From positions 1 to 10,892 of the forward strand of contig NW_021827296.1 of assembly GCF_006345805.1 (NCBI RefSeq): 10,892 bases of DNA, read 5' to 3'. The notes below the pieces were generated by a model that searched no databases, was not told the DNA's origin, and worked only from the letters and a program-made list of their open reading frames with translations. Below are positions 1 to 7,880 of this stretch, in pieces. The translations under genes were made by a program, and so were the position numbers. Source of the stretch: Octopus sinensis (taxonomy: Eukaryota). Position 1 is the first letter of the stretch; every line of letters starts with the position of its first letter.

Positions 1-32
<32 letters not shown>

Positions 33-80
33 TATAATATTGTTGTTGCTGTTTTTATTATGTTATTATCATTATTATTA

Positions 81-133
<53 letters not shown>
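1..133. repeat. (ATT)n microsatellite, imperfect, runs off the window start
   Basis: Direct reading: tattattatt... with a few GTT/ATC variant units. Confidence 0.95.
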
Positions 134-135
<2 letters not shown>

Positions 136-469
136 GCATTAATATTTGTTATTTCCATTCATAGATCTAAGAATTTCACTGGTCTCTTTGCAGTGAACAA
201 CGGATGAGACAAATCTTAACCTGGATTATGGACGATGGCAGCAAATGACTAAAGTATAATCATGACTCAGAGGAGATGAAGCTTACCAAATTGTGGTGCC
301 TTCAAGGGATTACCTGGACTAGATTCGTTACTTATTAATTCAGTATTTTTTAATAAGGTTCACATCGAGGTATGTGTGGCAAGATAGGTTAACCAGACAG
401 ATAGACAGACGCACTGTCTTACTGTACCATTGATTTATATATTGTAATTTACTGTACAGTAGCGTAAAT

Positions 470-555
<86 letters not shown>
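470..555. repeat. (GTA)n microsatellite
   Basis: Uninterrupted gtagtagta...; source of the poly-Thr in ORF 340..576. Confidence 0.97.
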
Positions 556-600
556 TAGCTTAAGTTCACTGTACATTGGCTACAGAAAATAGTTTAAGAT

Positions 601-743
601 TGGGGCATATCCCCCGAGAAAATTATATTGGGTATTTGTGCGCATGGGTCAGCACACTTAAATAAAGGGTTGTGGGTTCGATTCCCACGCGTACTAATAC
701 CCATATATTTTCTGTCGAAGTGGGGCGGTTATATGCCCCAGTA
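601..743. mobile_element. Foldback / MITE-like element with long imperfect inverted arms
   Basis: 601-610 tggggcatat is the exact reverse complement of 731-740 atatgcccca. The inner arm agaaaattatattgggtatttgtgcgcatggg (617-648) matches the reverse complement of 684-713, agaaaatatatgggtattagtacgcgtggg. Spacer is about 35 nt. The right end is followed by gta (possible TA target); no clean TSD on the left. Confidence 0.6.
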
Positions 744-919
744 TTATACTATTTTCTATCTCCAATACACAGCGAACTCCTGTGATTTTTATTTACTTAC
801 ATATTTTGAAGACAGCGAACTGATTCAGAAGCTTCCGTATCAGAACACGCAAACGTCAATGCAAACCTTGAAAATTCACATTTAATCGCAATTTCAGTAG
901 AGGTATAAATCAGACGATG

Positions 920-1150
920 AGCGGTGAGCTGGCAGAAACGTTTGCACGCCGGGCGAAATGCTTAGCGGTATTTTCGTCTGCCGCTACGTTCTGAGTTCAA
1001 ATTCCGCCGAGGTCGACTTTGCCTTTCATCCTTTCGGGGTCGATTAAATAAGTACCAGTTACGCACTGGGGTCGATATAATCGACTTAGTCCGTTTGTCT
1101 GTTTTGGTTTGTCCCCTCTGTGTTTAGCCCCTTGTGGGTAGTAAAGAAAT
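920..1150 (+). mobile_element. tRNA-derived SINE family A, full length, tail type 1, with 19-bp TSD
   Basis: A-box-like tggcagaaacg (930-940) and B-box-like gagttcaaattcc (993-1005). Core tttcatcctttcggggtcgat..aagtaccag is shared with the other copies. Perfect direct repeat aggtataaatcagacgatg at 901-919 and 1151-1169. Confidence 0.9.
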
Positions 1151-1797
1151 AGGTATAAATCAGACGATGTTAGAGGTTAGTGTTTTGTAGATTTCGATTC
1201 AAAGTATACACTGCATTCATCTCGAGATTCTTTTATATTTCTTCAAGAGAAAATAGCAACTTCTGAGATCTCACAGTGCTATAATCATGTCACTTCTGGA
1301 TGGCACAAACTCTTTTCTATATGATTCCAAGAGATGTTATAAAGGTGATTTTATTAACTGTAGGTTATAAATGTACAATTGCTTACAATTACGAGGACTA
1401 ATTATTCTTAATGGACCGTTTAAGATTAAGGGTCGTAGGGTTACTGCAGTCATGGAAACAGAATACAAACTAGTGACAATTTGATTGCTCATGTGGGGCT
1501 CCTCACAGTGAACTACGTTGACAGATGGCACACTGAATCCTGTTTGAGGCAAGAGAAGCTGCTCAACACTATTACTGAGTTTCAGGGACAACAGATAGTA
1601 AAAACAAGCAAGAATCCTGACATATTGAACAAATGATAAGGGATATTGTTGAGGGTGTCTCTACTTATCGAATATCTGTACTTGAGGTTAATACCAAGTA
1701 GATTTGTAATAAAGAATCGTTTTACATGGGGAATTCAATTAAATCCAATTCGGAAAACTATTTGGCAAGATTCATATAACATAATATCAGTGGCACT

Positions 1798-1812
1798 TGT
1801 GTGTGCGTGCGT

Positions 1813-1867
<55 letters not shown>

Positions 1868-1881
1868 TGTGTGTGTGTGTG
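1798..1881. repeat. (TG)n microsatellite
   Basis: Direct reading. Confidence 0.97.
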
Positions 1882-2211
1882 CAACAATTATTATTTGCGA
1901 CTGCAGTAGTATTTAGATAAAAGATGGATGGTATGCTATCTGAGAGAGATAGAATATCCCTGCTATTATTTACACGCTATATCTGTGAATACCTCTATAA
2001 AGATAATGAGAAATACGATCTTTCAAAGTGGATAGTAGCAACGAGTAAGCTGATGTTGAGAGTTGGGCCAACATTTAACATAAGACTAACTGTTAATAAT
2101 GTATCTCATAATATGTTAGTCGGACATATGACACTATCTTGCCACCGGAAGTGCTTTAACTACATTCGCTCACTTCCGAATATGTTAATGACATAGGTAA
2201 CACATGGAAGA

Positions 2212-2212
2212 A

Positions 2213-2248
<36 letters not shown>

Positions 2249-2267
2249 TATTATTATTATTATTATT
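2212..2267. repeat. (ATT)n microsatellite abutting a SINE 5' end
   Basis: Direct reading. Confidence 0.95.
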
Positions 2268-2484
2268 GTGAGCTGGCTGAATCGTTCGAACGCCGAGCAA
2301 ATGTTTAGCGGCATTTCGTCCGTCTCTACGTTCTGTGTTCAAATTCCACCATGGTCGACTTTGCCTGTCATCCTTTCGGGGTCAATAAATTAAGTACCAG
2401 TGAAAAACCCTGGGGTTGATATAATCGACTAGTCCCCTCCACCTTATCCCAATTTCAGGTCTTGTGCCTTTTATAGAAAGAATT
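2268..2484 (+). mobile_element. SINE family A, near full length, tail type 2
   Basis: gtgagctggctgaatcgtt...gttcaaattcc...tcatcctttcggggtcaataaattaagtaccag matches 920-1085. It then has a different tail, ...aatttcaggtcttgtgccttttatagaaagaatt. Confidence 0.85.
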
Positions 2485-2522
2485 ATAGTTATTATTATTT
2501 CTGTCTTTTTTATGTCATTGTT

Positions 2523-2670
2523 GTTCTGAGATCAAATGTCGCCGAGGTCAGCTTTGGATTTCATCTTCTCGGAGTCGATAAAATAAGTACCATTTGAGCA
2601 CTGGGGTTGATGCAATCGACTTACACCTCCCCTCAAAATCGTTGGCCTTATGCAAAATATTTAGAAAGAA
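2523..2670 (+). mobile_element. SINE family A, 5'-truncated, tail type 2 variant
   Basis: gttctgagatcaaatgtcgccgagg...gagtcgataaaataagtacc...ggggttgatgcaatcgact...tggccttatgc...agaaagaatt, then (ATT)n. Confidence 0.8.
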
Positions 2671-2708
2671 TTATTATTATTATTATATTATTATTATTAT
2701 TATTATTA

Positions 2709-2742
<34 letters not shown>
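2670..2742. repeat. (ATT)n microsatellite (SINE tail and LINE 5' flank)
   Basis: Direct reading. Confidence 0.95.
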
Positions 2743-2743
<1 letters not shown>

Positions 2744-3211
2744 CTCTTTGGTAGGGCTCTCATTGACTTTTTCAAGTTTCACTAGGAAAGGGAATTGAGG
2801 GAAGTGCAGAGGGAAGTGCTGTCCTCGAGTGAATTTATCGAGAGGTGGGTGAAAGTTGCGAAAATGGCAAGAGTAGATGGTACCTCTCTAAGTGTAGACC
2901 TGTGAGTCGGAGAGAAGGAAATGGAGAGGGTACTTGCTCATAGGGTTTCAGGGAAATCTCGGACGGTAGGGGTTTCTCGATATCCCTAGAGGTACTTCTG
3001 TATCAGGAGGGCCACATCTCTATCATCCTCTCCCACCACTTTTTTTGCATCTCTGTATGCTATGCATATGTCTCTTCTTTCCCAGTGCATAACATGTATA
3101 CTATTTTTCTTTTTTCTTTTTATTTATTTATTTATTTATCATATGTAAACCCCGACACTTTATGTCTGTATTGTCCCCCTCATCTTTCGCCCACGTGGCA
3201 AATAAATGAAA

Positions 3212-3213
<2 letters not shown>
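2741..3213 (+). mobile_element. 5'-truncated Tx1/L1-clade-like LINE: last ~54 ORF2 codons plus 3' UTR
   Basis: Frame 2741-2905 reads FLFGRALIDFFKFH*ERELREVQREVLSSSEFIERWVKVAKMARVDGTSLSVDL* (internal stop 2783-2785). This fits the 'F..RW....V....L' C-terminal pattern I recognise from Tx1-type ORF2. It is followed by a ~300-bp UTR, AATAAA at 3201-3206 and (ATT)n. Clade call is from memory of the motif, not a search. Confidence 0.6.
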
Positions 3214-3285
<72 letters not shown>

Positions 3286-3309
3286 GTTGTTGTTGTTGTT
3301 GTTGTTGTT
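3214..3309. repeat. Compound (ATT)n(GTT)n microsatellite shared by two tail-to-tail LINE ends
   Basis: ATT units 3214-3285, GTT units 3286-3309. Confidence 0.95.
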
Positions 3310-3886
3310 ATTTACTTTTAAGCTGCATGTTTGTTACAATCTTTGTCGAGATACACCAAGCTTCCTAGGGCGAGTGATGGGTAAGAGATGTTACAGTATG
3401 ACTGAAAGCTTCGGGAGAAGTGGCAGGTGCAGTAATGAAATACATTCATGTAATACAACACAGGCATTTAAATTGATAGGGTTTTCCTAAGGATGTGGGC
3501 GGTACTTATTAGCACAATCTTTTGGATTTCTCTGTGACATGGTTCTCCTGGGATATTATCTAGATGTTTTTGACATCCCTTTCTTATCATACCTGGGACA
3601 TCCACAATAACAGGAACAGTTCTTGGTTTAAGATGCCACATCTTCTGTATTTCAATTTCCAAGTAATTTTATTTATTCAGTTTGTTACATTTCTTAACAG
3701 ATATATTTTTATCAGTGGGAACACTCACATCTATTAGTCTACAAGCATTTTCTTACCTGTCTTTAATGACTATGTCTGGTCGATTAGCTTGGATCATTCT
3801 GTCAGTGTTGACTGGAAAATTCCAGGGGATAGTGACAATTTTACCTTCAGCAACTTGTTCAGGATGATGTTCAGACGTTCAGTCTC

Positions 3887-3890
<4 letters not shown>
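3310..3890 (-). mobile_element. 5'-truncated Dong/R4-clade-like LINE: restriction-like endonuclease (RLE) C-terminus, pseudogenised
   Basis: One minus frame from 3872 to 3468 reads EHHPEQVAEGKIVTIPWNFPVNTDRMIQANRPDIVIKDR*ENACRLIDVSVPTDKNISVKKCNKLNK*NYLEIEIQKMWHLKPRTVPVIVDVPG...TAHILRKTLSI*. The RPD..D..K/KY-like and VPV motifs fit a PD-(D/E)xK endonuclease of R2-group LINEs. Premature stops at 3753-3755 and 3669-3671; ~155-bp 3' UTR. Confidence 0.85.
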
Positions 3891-3938
<48 letters not shown>

Positions 3939-3980
3939 GCTGCTGCTGCTGTTGTTGTTGTTGTTGTTGTTTTTGTTGTT
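3891..3980. repeat. Compound (ATT)n(GCT)4(GTT)n microsatellite
   Basis: ATT 3891-3938, GCT 3939-3950, GTT 3951-3980. Confidence 0.95.
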
Positions 3981-4112
3981 CAAATTCTGCCGAGGACTAA
4001 TTTGCCCTTCATTCCTTAGGGGGTTGATAAATTAAGGACGAGTGAAACATTGGGGTCGATGCAATCGACTATCCCCCTCCCCAAAATTGCAGGCCTTGTG
4101 CCTATAGTAGAA

Positions 4113-4113
<1 letters not shown>
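3978..4113 (+). mobile_element. SINE family A, 5'-truncated at the B box, tail type 2
   Basis: gttcaaattctgccgagg...tggggtcgatgcaatcgactatccccctccccaaaattgcaggccttgtgcctatagtagaa, then (ATT)n. Confidence 0.85.

Positions 4114-4176
<63 letters not shown>
4113..4176. repeat. (ATT)n microsatellite (SINE tail)
   Basis: Direct reading. Confidence 0.95.
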
Positions 4177-4179
<3 letters not shown>

Positions 4180-4785
4180 GACTTGCGTTGTCTCACGTTG
4201 ATAATATCGGAACTTTTGTCACGTTTACTAAATAAACAATTTACCTTCTTGTTATTTTGAAACAGGAGCTGCTCAAAAGAATAGCCCGCCTCTTTTCTTG
4301 AAGTTGACAATAAGATCTGTCCTTTACGTATTTATATCATTTTAAAAATATGTATGACTTCGACAAAGTTTTAAAAGTGCCTTCTTCGTGTGTAGCAGTA
4401 AGAAGTCTTGTCAAAACAGTGATGAGCCCTAATTATGTCCACATAACAGAAATCCCTGAACACGAGAAAACAAATCTTGTAAAAAGGATAAACAAAAATT
4501 CTTTAAAATCTTTACAGAAAAATTCACATATTTTAAAAGAAAATATAATGAAACTTCTACAGATAATAAGACTAATATATATAATTCACAGACACATTTG
4601 ATATCGACAAGAACAACAAAAACAACAACATTCACGTATCTTTCGCCGAACGAAAATGATGAAAAGATATTTTTATATTAGCAACAAAAGTCGAAATCTA
4701 GTCCCGGGCTTTGCTAGTGCTATTGGCAAAAGATAAATTTTAGATACGGGCACCTAACTGAAAGAATAAATGTTAAGTAATTGTA

Positions 4786-4958
4786 ATATATATATAAAAC
4801 AAAGGATGTCTGTGTGTGTTGTGTGAGTAGTACCTATGCATTTCTACAGTTTTCAACCGATTTTCACCAAACTTTACACACATTACTTATGCGCCAATGA
4901 TCGTCATGCACTATAACTGGCCAGAGCGAGAAACCAAGAAAGCGAGAAACTGGGAAAA
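4786..4958 (+). mobile_element. Possible non-autonomous Helitron-like 5' fragment
   Basis: atatatatataaaac + tgtctgtgtgtg + aaccgattttcaccaaacttt resembles the layout I recall for invertebrate non-autonomous Helitron-like elements. The canonical TC start is not clearly present. It abuts the point where transposase similarity stops. Confidence 0.35.
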
Positions 4959-6419
4959 CAGTGCTGAGATCTTTAACGGTTTCTTCTGGCAACACTGGAA
5001 TGGAAGGGCCTACTTCAATCTTTGGAAAGTTTGCAGTTATTTCTAGTTGTGTTGTTTCATCCATATTGCCAAGAGGACCTGACCCTTTATTGCTTTTTGT
5101 AGGACTATAAATTTCTTGAATGAGGTAACGAAAAGGTAGCTCACCTGTATGCAAATCACATACAATCCAAATAAGTTTTCTTTCAAATTTTTTTTCTCTA
5201 AATAACTCATTACACTTCCCTTCCAGCCAGTATTCACTGCCGTTGAATCCCCACCAATAACGAGCACTGAATTTTCAAGCCCTCTCTCTTGAAGCCAGTA
5301 TAAAATATCATCAGCAATTACCTCGACATGTTTTTTCCCTTTCACTTCAACTTCAGGTGTAAAATAAAACAAAAACTGGCCACTAGGCTCAGAGCAGACA
5401 GTGTAGTGTTCTTCTTTGATTAGAGCTGGAAATGCTATCTACATCAACTATTACTTTGGTTTCATCTATTCTTCCATCAAACGAAAAATATCTCACTCAT
5501 TACCTTTTCTAGCGCTCTTCTAAGTTTATTGTGATCTATAACCAAGAGGATTTACAATCCTCTTGACTGATGAGGCATGTATCTATCCAAGCGGCAGTTG
5601 CGATGTAACAGAGTCCAGTATGGTGACGAATACTAGCTAATGCAATATTTGAAATGTCTCTTGTATTGTATTTTCCTCTCTTTGGTATGGTTTCAGAAGA
5701 TTCTTTAGAATTTTCATCTGACATTACTTCATTTTCTTCATGGCAGTGCAGTTCTTCTCTTTGCATGACTTCATTCTTCATTTTCTTCTTTTCTTCCCTC
5801 TCTCTCTGACAAGACCTTTCCTTTTTTTTTCAGTATAAATCTGTCTCTTTCTTTATAATCAGTTGAACCCATTTGCATCCTGCCTTGGCCTCCTGTCTTT
5901 GTCCTCTGTGAGCTTACGAAATATAGCTTTAGAAAAGGTATCTTCTTTTCACGAGCGCAACAACAGTCAATGCGGGAATGACTTCCTCTCTTACCAGCGG
6001 GAGACAATCCTCTTTTGAACTATGGAACACTTGCAGTTCTAGAAATCTAACAGTGTATCAAGTGAATGTAGAAAAGCATTTTTCATTGCCAAGTTTCCTT
6101 TACCAAATGACGTGTGTACTGCTTTTCGCTACAATCCCATGAGTCTTAGCTCAATCGTTCGATACTGTATGATCACTAGCGGTTTGAATTGTGCATGTGC
6201 ATTACCTTTTATCCACTAGCGCAGAAGATGGAGTATTATATCATGTATTAGTTTCTTATCTGTATAGGTCTTTCAGTCTTTGGAATTTTGTTCCCGAAGT
6301 AACCCAAGTTTTAAAATGTCTCTCACTGCTAGAAGCTCTGATACAGAAATATCTTTCTCTGTACCAATTAACAGGCTGAAGTGGGATGACATTTGGCCTC
6401 TAGTCTTCAGATCTGACAT
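4959..6419 (-). pseudogene. Decayed DDE transposase, hAT-superfamily-like (best guess hATm-type group), C-terminal part missing
   Basis: Joined minus frames: MSDLKTRGQMSSH..SEL..VRDIL.. (ATG 6419), WIKGNA..QFKP, LLD..CKC, CCCAREKKIP..QR, YNTRDISNIALASIRHHTG, IDHNKLRRA, FDGRIDETK (first D 5476-5478), EEHYTVCSEP, IGGDSTAVNTGWKG (second D), WIVCDLHTGELP (CxxH at 5149-5160), KDLST. Several stops and frameshifts, including one in the T8 run at 5188-5195. Confidence 0.8.
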
Positions 6420-6709
6420 CTTGTGAATATCTGAAAAGAGTAAAACTTCATTTAACCAATTAAAAGATAATATAAGATTCATTTAACTAATTAAAAGATA
6501 ATATAAGAGTGATATTTTGTGATCAGTTTTTCAAATAAATTTTCAGTTACTGTTTCAAAACAACACCATATTGAAAATTCAGGATAAAATTGATGTAGAT
6601 TAGAGTTATTTTAATCCCTTTTGGTACATATATCTCAAGTCTGGGAGTAGCACAATAATTTCACTACAAAATTAGATTTTTAGTAAATTATTAAAATTGA
6701 CACCCCCTA
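6420..6709 (-). mobile_element. 5' non-coding part and candidate terminus of the hAT-like transposon
   Basis: Continuous with the transposase. The minus strand begins tagggggtgtcaatttt at 6709, where SINE similarity ends abruptly. No partner TIR was found, so the terminus is unconfirmed. Confidence 0.45.
6447..6508. repeat. 31-bp tandem duplication
   Basis: ttcatttaaccaattaaaagataatataaga (6447-6477) and ttcatttaactaattaaaagataatataaga (6478-6508), 30/31 identical. Confidence 0.95.
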
Positions 6710-6857
6710 TTACATCAACTTCAGTGCTCAATTTGTACTTATTTTTATCGATCCCGAAAGGATGAAAGGCAGAATTTGAACTCAGAACGTAAAGGCGGAC
6801 AAAATTCCGCTAAGCGGTTTGTAGGTGTGGTAATGATTGTGCCCCGCACGCCGCCTT
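6709..6857 (-). mobile_element. SINE family A, diverged, 3'-truncated, with a 15-bp internal deletion
   Basis: Reverse complement of head and core: attacatcaacttcagtgctcaatttgtacttatttttatcgatcccgaaaggatgaaaggc|agaatttgaactcagaacg...cgccgcc. Confidence 0.8.
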
Positions 6858-6860
6858 ATA

Positions 6861-7081
6861 TATGAGGAGGTGCTGAAAAGTTCCTGGTTTAGGGGTGTCA
6901 CGAAAGGCCTGGCTGGAGGCACACACTTCCGAGTTCTTTTACAAGAAGTAGAAGAGCTGAAGGACCGCTGCTATAAATATGTGGATATGAGATGGGGAGT
7001 ATATTGAATGAAATCAAAATTAACTGAGCTTCTTGTATTTTCTTTTAGCCACAGTCAGGAACTTTTCACCATTCCCTTGTA
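6861..7081 (+). mobile_element. Non-autonomous Tc1/mariner derivative (MITE), ~220 bp
   Basis: Left end tatgaggaggtgctgaaaagttcctggtt versus reverse complement of right end tacaagggaatggtgaaaagttcctgact: 21/29 identical, with a perfect 13-bp tgaaaagttcctg. TA at both ends. 6951-7011 reads EELKDRCYKYVDMR/(frameshift)GEYIE*, similar to the mariner C-terminal L..RW.KC....G.Y.E motif. Confidence 0.8.
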
Positions 7082-7156
7082 TGTTTACATGATACAAAAC
7101 CGTTGGAAACTATTTTCTCAATGCCAGAGAAACTGAATTTATTTTGTCGTTATATA

Positions 7157-7554
7157 GGCGCAGGAGTGGCTGTGTGGTAAGTAGCTTGCTAACCAACCAC
7201 ATGGTTCCGGGTTCAGTCCCACCGCGTGGCATCTTGGGCAAGTGTCTTCTGCTATAGCTCCGGGCCGACCAATGTTTTGTGAGTGGATTTGGTAGACGGA
7301 AACTGAAAGAAGCCTGTCGTATATATGTATATGTGTATGTGTGTGTATGTGTTTGTGTGTCTGTGTTTGTCTCCCTAGCATTGCTTGACAACCGATGCTG
7401 GTGTGTTTACGTCCCCGTCACTTAGCGGTTCGGCAAAAGAGACCGATAGAATAAGTACTGGGCTTACAAAGAATAAGTCCCGGGGTCGAATTGCTCGACT
7501 AAAGGCGGTGCTCCAGCATGGCCGCAGTCAAATGACTGAAACAAGTAAAAGAGT
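7157..7554 (+). mobile_element. tRNA-derived SINE family B, full length, with internal (TA)/(TG) microsatellite
   Basis: A-box-like tggctgtgtgg (7167-7177) and B-box-like ggttcagtccc (7210-7220). Contains a cttgggcaagt motif, an internal repeat at ~7320-7370 and the 3' end actgaaacaagtaaaagag. Weak candidate TSD ttatata at 7150-7156 and 7556-7562. Resembles abundant octopus SINEs from memory. Confidence 0.85.
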
Positions 7555-7572
7555 ATTATATATTTATTATAG

Positions 7573-7795
7573 GGCGGCGAGCTGGTAGATTCGTTAACAG
7601 GCCGGGTAAAATGCTTGCATTATTTCGTCCGTCTTAACGTTCTGAGTTCAAATTCCGCCGAGGTTGATTTTGCTCTCATCTTTTCAGGGTCGATAAATTA
7701 ATTATATACCAGTTGTGTACTGGGATCGATCTAATCGACTCCCCCCCCACACCCCACAAAATTTCGGGCGTTTGTGCCTAGAGTAGAAAAGATTA
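7573..7795 (+). mobile_element. SINE family A, full length, tail type 2
   Basis: ggcggcgagctggtagattcgtt...gagttcaaattccgccgagg...gggtcgataaatt...gggatcgatctaatcgact...tttgtgcctagagtagaaaagatt. Confidence 0.85.
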
Positions 7796-7810
7796 TATAT
7801 TATTTATATA

Positions 7811-7880
7811 TCCGGCTCTTTACGGCCTGGGTTCAAATCTCGCCGAAGTTAACTTTCCCTTTCATCCCATCCGGAGAAAA
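7811..7880 (+). mobile_element. SINE family A internal fragment
   Basis: tccggctctttacggcctgggttcaaatctcgccgaagttaactttcccttttcatcc matches the B-box/core region. Confidence 0.65.

Noticed and set aside
190-380. Candidate small exons (AG..GT pairs on both strands, e.g. aataag|gttcacatcgag|gtatgt)
   Set aside because: Such signals are common by chance; no coherent reading frame or homology was recognised.
421-575. Three copies of actgtac around the (GTA)n tract
   Set aside because: 7-8 bp matches in AT-rich DNA; no consistent TSD or TIR geometry.
624-696. Possible tRNA gene (perfect T-arm gtggg-ttcgatt-cccac at 672-688)
   Set aside because: No matching acceptor stem, D-arm or anticodon arm at tRNA spacing; the sequence is better explained as part of the foldback element.
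1439-1636. 65-codon ATG-less open frame after an AG (GYCSHGNRIQ...DILNK*), overlapping an 84-aa minus ORF
   Set aside because: No motif recognised and a poor polypyrimidine tract, so it cannot be told from chance. blastx or RNA-seq would settle it.
1924-2196. 90-aa ORF in non-repetitive sequence
   Set aside because: No recognisable domain or splice context; length is compatible with chance.
340-4310. Poly-T/L/I/N/V ORFs in the ORF track
   Set aside because: Translations of trinucleotide microsatellites joined to SINE or LINE sequence.
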